A DNA stretch of 64,000 nucleotides from Candidatus Hodarchaeota archaeon (GTDB lineage: Archaea > Asgardarchaeota > Lokiarchaeia > Sigyniarchaeales > SOKP01). The stretch is taken from the NCBI GenBank assembly GCA_048886685.1, contig JBHLKM010000002.1:199532-263531 (forward strand), in the 5' to 3' direction. Shown piece by piece: positions 58,330 to 64,000 of the stretch. Numbering within the stretch: the stretch's first letter is position 1; every line of letters begins with the position of its first letter. The notes below the pieces were generated by a model. That model was not told the origin of the DNA and searched no databases. It saw only the letters and a program-made list of their open reading frames with translations. A program made the position numbers and the translations under genes.

Positions 58330-61300
58330 ATGGAAGGTTCTGTATTAGTTATTGGAGGAGGGATTGCTGGAATACAAACTTCTTTAGATTTAACTGAATT
58401 GGGTTTTAAAGTATATTTAGTGGAAAAAACTCCTTCTATTGGAGGGAGAATGGCTCAACTTGATAAAACCTTTCCTACTAACGATTGTAGTCTATGCATT
58501 CTTGCTCCTAAGATGGTAGAAGTATTCAGAAATCCTAATATTGAGTTAATGACATATCATGAAGTCCAAAAGGTCACTGGAAAACCTGGAAATTTTATTG
58601 TCTCAGTATTAAAGAAGCCTCGTTATGTTGATGAGACTAAATGTAAAGGTTGTGGGGATTGTGCTTCCAAATGCCCGAAGATCGAAACGCCTAATATCTT
58701 TGATATGAACTTAGGTAAGAGAAAATCAGTTTATATTCCATTTCCTCAAGCTGTTCCCCCTGTTTATATAATCGATCCTGATTTGTGTTTATTTTTAAAC
58801 AAAGGAGTTTGCGGTGTTTGTAAAAAAACATGTGAAGCAGATGCAATAGATTTTGAACAGAAGTCATTAGAAATTGAATTAAATGTTGGAGCCATTGTTG
58901 TGGCGACTGGTTATGATATACTTGGTGAGGAGTTATCTTCAAGATGGGGTTATAATTATAAGAATGTAGTCAATGCTTTAGAATACGAAAGAATGTTATC
59001 TGCTTCAGGCCCTTTTGGAGGGCATATTTTACGTCCGAGCGATGAGAAAGAGCCAGAAAAAATAGCATTCATTCAATGTGCTGGCTCAAGAGACCTACAT
59101 GAAGGAGTTCCCTATTGTTCCAGCGTATGTTGTATGTATACGAGTAAAGAAGCCATAATCACTAAGGAGCACTCTGACCATTCCCAATGCTTTGTTTTTA
59201 GACATGATATTAGAGCATTTGGAAAGAATTTTTATGAATTCACTCAAAGGGCTCAAGAAGAATATGGTGTAAAATATTTTCAGACCAAAGTGAATAGAAT
59301 CTTAGAAGATCCAGAAACAAATGATCTAATTATTCATTATGAAGACCTAAAAACTGGAGAATTTAAGGACTTTAAAGCAAATTTGGTAGTATTAGCTTCA
59401 CCATTAGTCCCCTCAAATGGAACCAGAAAATTAGCTGAAATTTTAGATATTGAATTAGATGATTATAGCTTCTTCAAAGAAAAAACTTACTTCAACAAAT
59501 CTTTATCTTCGAGAGAAGGTATCTTCTTAGCTGGATTTTGTCAAGGCCCAATGGATATACCAGAGACTGTCGCTGATGCTAGTGGTGTAGCTTCGCAGAT
59601 CGCAACTTTACTAAATCCCTCCAAATTTACAGAAATTGAAGAAAAGATATTTGAGATTCCCGAGAAAGAAGTAAAGACTACAGATGATCGGAGAATTGGT
59701 GTACTTATTTGCCATTGTGGAATTAATATTGGAAAATATATCAATATTCCTGAAGTCATCGAACATATAAAGACATTGCCTAATGTAGTCTTTTGTGAAG
59801 ATAATCTTTATTCTTGTAGTTCTGATTCTCAACAACGAATTAAGGAAGTAATTGCGGAATATAACTTAAATAGATTTATTGTAGCATCTTGTACACCGCG
59901 AACCCATGAATCTCTATTTCAAGAAACATGTCAAGAAGCAGGGCTAAATAAATATCTCTTTGAGATGGTTAATATTCGAGATCAGTGTTCTTGGGTTCAT
60001 ATGACAGAAAAAGAAAAAGCTACCGAAAAGGCAAAGGATCTAATAAGAATGGGAGTTGCAAAGTCAAGGTTATTAAGACCTCAATCAGAGGAAAAACTGC
60101 AAATCACTCAAACTGCTTTGGTAATTGGTGGCGGTGTATCTGGGATGAGTGCCGCCTTAAATATTGCTAACCAAGGATTCATAGTTTATCTTGTAGAAAA
60201 AGAGAAATTTCTAGGTGGAAATCTCAAAAACTTAAATGTATTATATCCAACTCAAGAAGATGCTTCAATCTTACTAAATGAAATTATAGAAAAGGTTATG
60301 AAAAATAGGAATATTCAACTTCTCCTAAGCTCTCAATTGAAAGATGTTAATGGTTATATTGGAAATTACAACGTTACTGTCGTCGATTCAGAAAATGAAA
60401 GCCACGATTTAAAAATTGGCACTATAATAGTTGCTACTGGAGGACAAGAACTAAAACCTAAAGAAGTTTTTCAATATAAACTTAAGAACCATAATGTAAT
60501 TACGCAATTAGAATTAGAACAGAAATTGAAAAGTGAAGATGTGTCTTGGCTTGATAAGATTAATCGTATTACATCAATGTTATGTGTCAACGCAAGGCAA
60601 AAAGAAGGAATTACATACTGTTCTAATATATGTTGTGGAAGCGCTATTAAGAACATTAATATTTTAAAAGAATTGAAAAATGACCTCGAATTAGTAGTTC
60701 TTTATCGAGATCTCCAAATGGCAAAAAAACAATTTGAGGAATATTATCGCGATCGGAGAAAAGATGCGATATTCTTAAGATATGATTTAGATAAACCCCC
60801 ATTCATTAGTACGAAGAATGGCAAATCGGAAAAGTACGAAATTAAAGTATTTGATACTAATTTACAAGATTACCTCACATTTGAAACAGATTTAATAGTA
60901 TTATCAACTCCTATGATCCCAGCTAGTAATTTAGAAGAACTAGCAAAAATGCTCAAAGTTCCTCTAGATAAAAATGGTTTTTTCTTAGAGGCTCATGTCA
61001 AATTAAGACCATTAGATTTTGCCACAGATGGGATTTTCTTATGCGGATGTGCTCAGTGGCCAAAAAATATTCAAGATTCTATATCACAAGCAAATGGTGC
61101 TGCAGGAAGAGCAAGTAGATTCTTAAGTGCAAAAGAAATTACAACTTCTGGTTTAGTAGCAGAAGTAGATCAAGATATGTGCATTGGATGTGGAACCTGT
61201 GAAGATGTTTGTGCTTATAATGCAGTAGAACTAACCGAAATAATAAAAGAATTTGAAGATGTGAGTTTAGTCATAAAAAAATCTTCCATCAATCCAAATT

Positions 61301-61410
61301 TATGTAAAGGGTGTGGAACTTGTGCCGCAAATTGTCCAATTGGGGCAATTTCTGTAAAACACTACGACTTTGAGCAAATTAATGCTTTAATTAGGGCATT
61401 AGTAATTTAA
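58330..61410 (+). CDS. hdrA: Large HdrA-family flavoprotein (Cys form), close paralogue of 46121-49171
   Basis: Same motifs, with long near-identical protein stretches shared with 46121-49171. Confidence 0.92.
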   Translation: MEGSVLVIGGGIAGIQTSLDLTELGFKVYLVEKTPSIGGRMAQLDKTFPTNDCSLCILAPKMVEVFRNPNIELMTYHEVQKVTGKPGNFIVSVLKKPRYVDETKCKGCGDCASKCPKIETPNIFDMNLGKRKSVYIPFPQAVPPVYIIDPDLCLFLNKGVCGVCKKTCEADAIDFEQKSLEIELNVGAIVVATGYDILGEELSSRWGYNYKNVVNALEYERMLSASGPFGGHILRPSDEKEPEKIAFIQCAGSRDLHEGVPYCSSVCCMYTSKEAIITKEHSDHSQCFVFRHDIRAFGKNFYEFTQRAQEEYGVKYFQTKVNRILEDPETNDLIIHYEDLKTGEFKDFKANLVVLASPLVPSNGTRKLAEILDIELDDYSFFKEKTYFNKSLSSREGIFLAGFCQGPMDIPETVADASGVASQIATLLNPSKFTEIEEKIFEIPEKEVKTTDDRRIGVLICHCGINIGKYINIPEVIEHIKTLPNVVFCEDNLYSCSSDSQQRIKEVIAEYNLNRFIVASCTPRTHESLFQETCQEAGLNKYLFEMVNIRDQCSWVHMTEKEKATEKAKDLIRMGVAKSRLLRPQSEEKLQITQTALVIGGGVSGMSAALNIANQGFIVYLVEKEKFLGGNLKNLNVLYPTQEDASILLNEIIEKVMKNRNIQLLLSSQLKDVNGYIGNYNVTVVDSENESHDLKIGTIIVATGGQELKPKEVFQYKLKNHNVITQLELEQKLKSEDVSWLDKINRITSMLCVNARQKEGITYCSNICCGSAIKNINILKELKNDLELVVLYRDLQMAKKQFEEYYRDRRKDAIFLRYDLDKPPFISTKNGKSEKYEIKVFDTNLQDYLTFETDLIVLSTPMIPASNLEELAKMLKVPLDKNGFFLEAHVKLRPLDFATDGIFLCGCAQWPKNIQDSISQANGAAGRASRFLSAKEITTSGLVAEVDQDMCIGCGTCEDVCAYNAVELTEIIKEFEDVSLVIKKSSINPNLCKGCGTCAANCPIGAISVKHYDFEQINALIRALVI

Positions 61411-61571
61411 AAAGTGATTAAAGAAAGAAAAAAGAAATTCTAATTTTTTATACATATTCTTTCTTATTTGACAATAGAGTTATGAAAACTAATCAGAAAA
61501 AATAAATGTTTTCTATTTTTTTCCTATACAATATAGGTTCAAATTACTAAATCTCATATAAACTAATAAAA

Positions 61572-62852
61572 GTGAATGTTATTACTGAGATTGAAAAATT
61601 AGATGATTCAAAAGAACCGAGCAGTGATTATAGTTCTTATCTTGAAAAAATTTATGAGCCTGATATAAGAAAATTATTATATCGATGTTATCAATGTGTT
61701 CGTTGTAGTGGTGTATGTCAACTTAGTCGGGTTCAAAGTTTTGAACCAAGTAAAATAATCCAAATGATTTTGGAGGGTTTTGAAGATAAAATTATTGATA
61801 GTGGTATATTGTGGGATTGTCTTACATGTAACGCTTGCCTTCAGAACTGTCCTGAGGGAATAAATTTCGCGGATATTGTAAGAATGGCAAAATACAAAAT
61901 GAGAACTTCTAAAGGGCAAAACTCTGATGAGTATATAGCTCATAAAGGAGTATATACAACTATTTCAGAAATTATGAGTGAACCACATATAAAGCCTGAA
62001 AGATCTCTTGAATGGGTTCCTAAGGAATGCAAAACGTCAGATCGGGGAAATATTTTATATTATGTGGGGTGTTTACCATACTTTAATTTTGAGTTCGAAA
62101 ATTCAGATACTATAGCAGAAAGCACTTTAAAAATTCTATGTCAAATTGAAAAAGAACCCATAGTAGTTCTTAAAGATGAAATTTGTTGCGGGCATGATTT
62201 ATATTGGGGTCAAGGTAAACTGAATGCTTTCATTGATTTAGCAAAAAAGAATGTTAAAAGAATTGAGGAAACTGGAGCTAAAACGATTATTACTGCTTGT
62301 GCTGAATGCTACCGAACATTTAAAGTAGATTATCAAGATTTATTTGAAGATTTTAATCAAAAATTCGTTGTCAAACATTTAATTGAATATATTTATGAGA
62401 ATTGGAAAAATAACAAAATTGAATTCAAGAATCCAACTATGCAAGAAGAACCAATTCCTTTTACATATCACGATCCTTGTCGGTTAAGTAGGTTTTTACC
62501 TAAAGACAGTAATATTATTGAAAATGTACGTGAAATTTTTTCACATTTAAGAAAATTGGGATATAAGTTTAATGAAATGGCACATAATAAAACCGATGCT
62601 TTATGCTGTGGTGTAAGTTCTTGGATGAACTGTAATGATCGCTCGAAAGCCTTACGATATAAAAGACTCTTAGAAGCTAAAGATGCGGGTGAAATAATGG
62701 TCACATCGTGCCCAAAGTGTAAAATACATTTATCTTGTTTACAAAATGACTATGAAGATATTTCTTCAATTGAAATTGTAGATTTTTCAGAATTCTTAGT
62801 GAATCTAATAAGTATTATAGAATCTAATAAAAAAGAGGAGGAAGACAAATAA
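61572..62852 (+). CDS. HdrD-like Fe-S oxidoreductase, paralogue of 44841-46097
   Basis: CYQCVRCSGVC, CLTCNACLQNCP, EICCGHDLYWGQG, YHDPC, LCCG, TSCPKC. Confidence 0.88.
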   Translation: MNVITEIEKLDDSKEPSSDYSSYLEKIYEPDIRKLLYRCYQCVRCSGVCQLSRVQSFEPSKIIQMILEGFEDKIIDSGILWDCLTCNACLQNCPEGINFADIVRMAKYKMRTSKGQNSDEYIAHKGVYTTISEIMSEPHIKPERSLEWVPKECKTSDRGNILYYVGCLPYFNFEFENSDTIAESTLKILCQIEKEPIVVLKDEICCGHDLYWGQGKLNAFIDLAKKNVKRIEETGAKTIITACAECYRTFKVDYQDLFEDFNQKFVVKHLIEYIYENWKNNKIEFKNPTMQEEPIPFTYHDPCRLSRFLPKDSNIIENVREIFSHLRKLGYKFNEMAHNKTDALCCGVSSWMNCNDRSKALRYKRLLEAKDAGEIMVTSCPKCKIHLSCLQNDYEDISSIEIVDFSEFLVNLISIIESNKKEEEDK

Positions 62853-64000
62853 TGGAAGGTTCGGTTCTAGTAATTGGTGGAGGAATAGCAGGAATTCAAA
62901 TCTCCCTTGATCTAACAGAATTAGGCTTTAAAGTCTATTTAGTAGAAAAGTCCCCTTCTATTGGGGGAAGAATGGCTCAGCTTGATAAAACTTTCCCAAC
63001 CTTAGATTGTTCATTATGCATCCTTGCTCCTAAAATGGTTGAGGTCTTTCGTAATCCTAATATCGAATTGATGACATATCATGAAGTTCTTCAAGTTGAT
63101 GGTCAACCAGGAAATTTTACCGCAAAAATTTTGAAAAAACCTCGATATATTGATGAGGAAAAATGTAAAGGATGTGGAGAATGTGCTAATAAATGCCCCA
63201 AAATTATGGCCCCTAATCCTTTCGAAATGAATATTGGGAGAATAAAATCGGTATATATTCCTTTTCCTCAAGCAGTACCTCCTGTTTATTTAATTGATTC
63301 AGAAAGGTGTTTATATTTACAAAAAGGTGTATGTCAAGTATGTAAAAAAGCTTGTCCCGCTGATGCAATAGATTTTGAACAGAAACTTGAAGAATTTGAA
63401 ATTAATGTTGGAGCTTTAGTAGTCGCAACAGGCTATGAAATGCCTGTTGAAGAATTATCTTCCAGATGGGGTTATCGATTCGAAAATGTTGTAAGTGCAC
63501 TTGAATATGAAAGAATATTATGTGCATCTGGACCATTTAGCGGTCATGTTATGCGATTAAGCGATGAGAAAGAACCTGAAGTAATCGCTTTCGTTCAATG
63601 TGCTGGTTCTAGAGATCTTCATGAGAACGTTCCTTTTTGTTCAAGTGTCTGTTGTACTTATACTGCTAAACAAGCTATTATCACTCAAGAACATTCTGAA
63701 AACTCTAAATGTTATGTGTTTCGACACGATATACGGGCTTATGGCAAGAATTTCTATGAATTCACACAAAGAGCTCAAAAAGAATATGGAGTTCAATATT
63801 TTCAATCTAAGATAAGTATTATTGAAGAAGATCCTGAAACTAATGATCTAATTATCCATTATGAAGATCTTAAAACTGGTGAATTTAAGGATTTTCGAGC
63901 AAACCTAGTTGTTTTAGCTTCACCCTTAGTTCCATCAAAAGGAGTTAAAGATTTAGGAGGAGTTTTAGATATCGAATTAGATAAATACAATTTCTTCCAA
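62852..64000 (+). CDS. hdrA: Large HdrA-family flavoprotein, 5' part (runs off the window end; not in the ORF track)
   Basis: ATG 62852 (TAATG overlap) reads MEGSVLVIGGGIAGIQISLDLTELGFKVYLVEKSPSIGGRMAQLDKTFPTLDCSLCILAPK... and stays open to 64000. Confidence 0.92.
   Translation, partial: MEGSVLVIGGGIAGIQISLDLTELGFKVYLVEKSPSIGGRMAQLDKTFPTLDCSLCILAPKMVEVFRNPNIELMTYHEVLQVDGQPGNFTAKILKKPRYIDEEKCKGCGECANKCPKIMAPNPFEMNIGRIKSVYIPFPQAVPPVYLIDSERCLYLQKGVCQVCKKACPADAIDFEQKLEEFEINVGALVVATGYEMPVEELSSRWGYRFENVVSALEYERILCASGPFSGHVMRLSDEKEPEVIAFVQCAGSRDLHENVPFCSSVCCTYTAKQAIITQEHSENSKCYVFRHDIRAYGKNFYEFTQRAQKEYGVQYFQSKISIIEEDPETNDLIIHYEDLKTGEFKDFRANLVVLASPLVPSKGVKDLGGVLDIELDKYNFFQ

Noticed and set aside
1-64000. 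tRNA (including tRNA-Sec), rRNA, transposases and integrases
   Set aside because: No GC-rich cloverleaf, rRNA-like tract or recombinase motif was recognised by eye. tRNAscan-SE and Secmarker were not run.

Overview
AT-rich archaeal DNA that looks like an Asgard archaeon of the Lokiarchaeia/Promethearchaeia type. This is an inference from ribosomal protein L10e, Rag-like and MglA-like small GTPases, arrestin-like, PCI-like and HEAT proteins, and a eukaryote-type SECIS. The left 39 kb holds lipid and acyl-CoA metabolism genes, divergent dnaK / grpE-htpX, a B12 acyl-CoA mutase-MeaB operon with isobutyryl-CoA mutase signature residues, and LutAB-like genes. It also holds a signalling-like neighbourhood at 26-36 kb: PCI-like protein, MglA-like GTPase, arrestin-like protein, 7TM-HisKA protein without an ATPase domain, receiver protein, Rag-like GTPase, FrhB fusion and HEAT protein. 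The right 25 kb is a large heterodisulfide-reductase-like island with 5 HdrA, 3 MvhD, 2 FrhB-like and 2 HdrD-like genes. Its first two genes are missed or split by the ORF track because they are selenoprotein genes. hdrA (39681-41624) has 4 in-frame TGA and vhuD/mvhD (41628-42101) has 2. All six TGA codons sit where Cys paralogues in the same window have Cys. One eukaryote-like SECIS hairpin (42088-42146) follows, and its AUGA core contains the vhuD stop codon. Other observations: two domain-sharing events between neighbouring genes, small unannotated ORFs and pseudogenes, a candidate PadR operator and a 133-bp tandem repeat. No rRNA, tRNA, CRISPR array or transposase was recognised.
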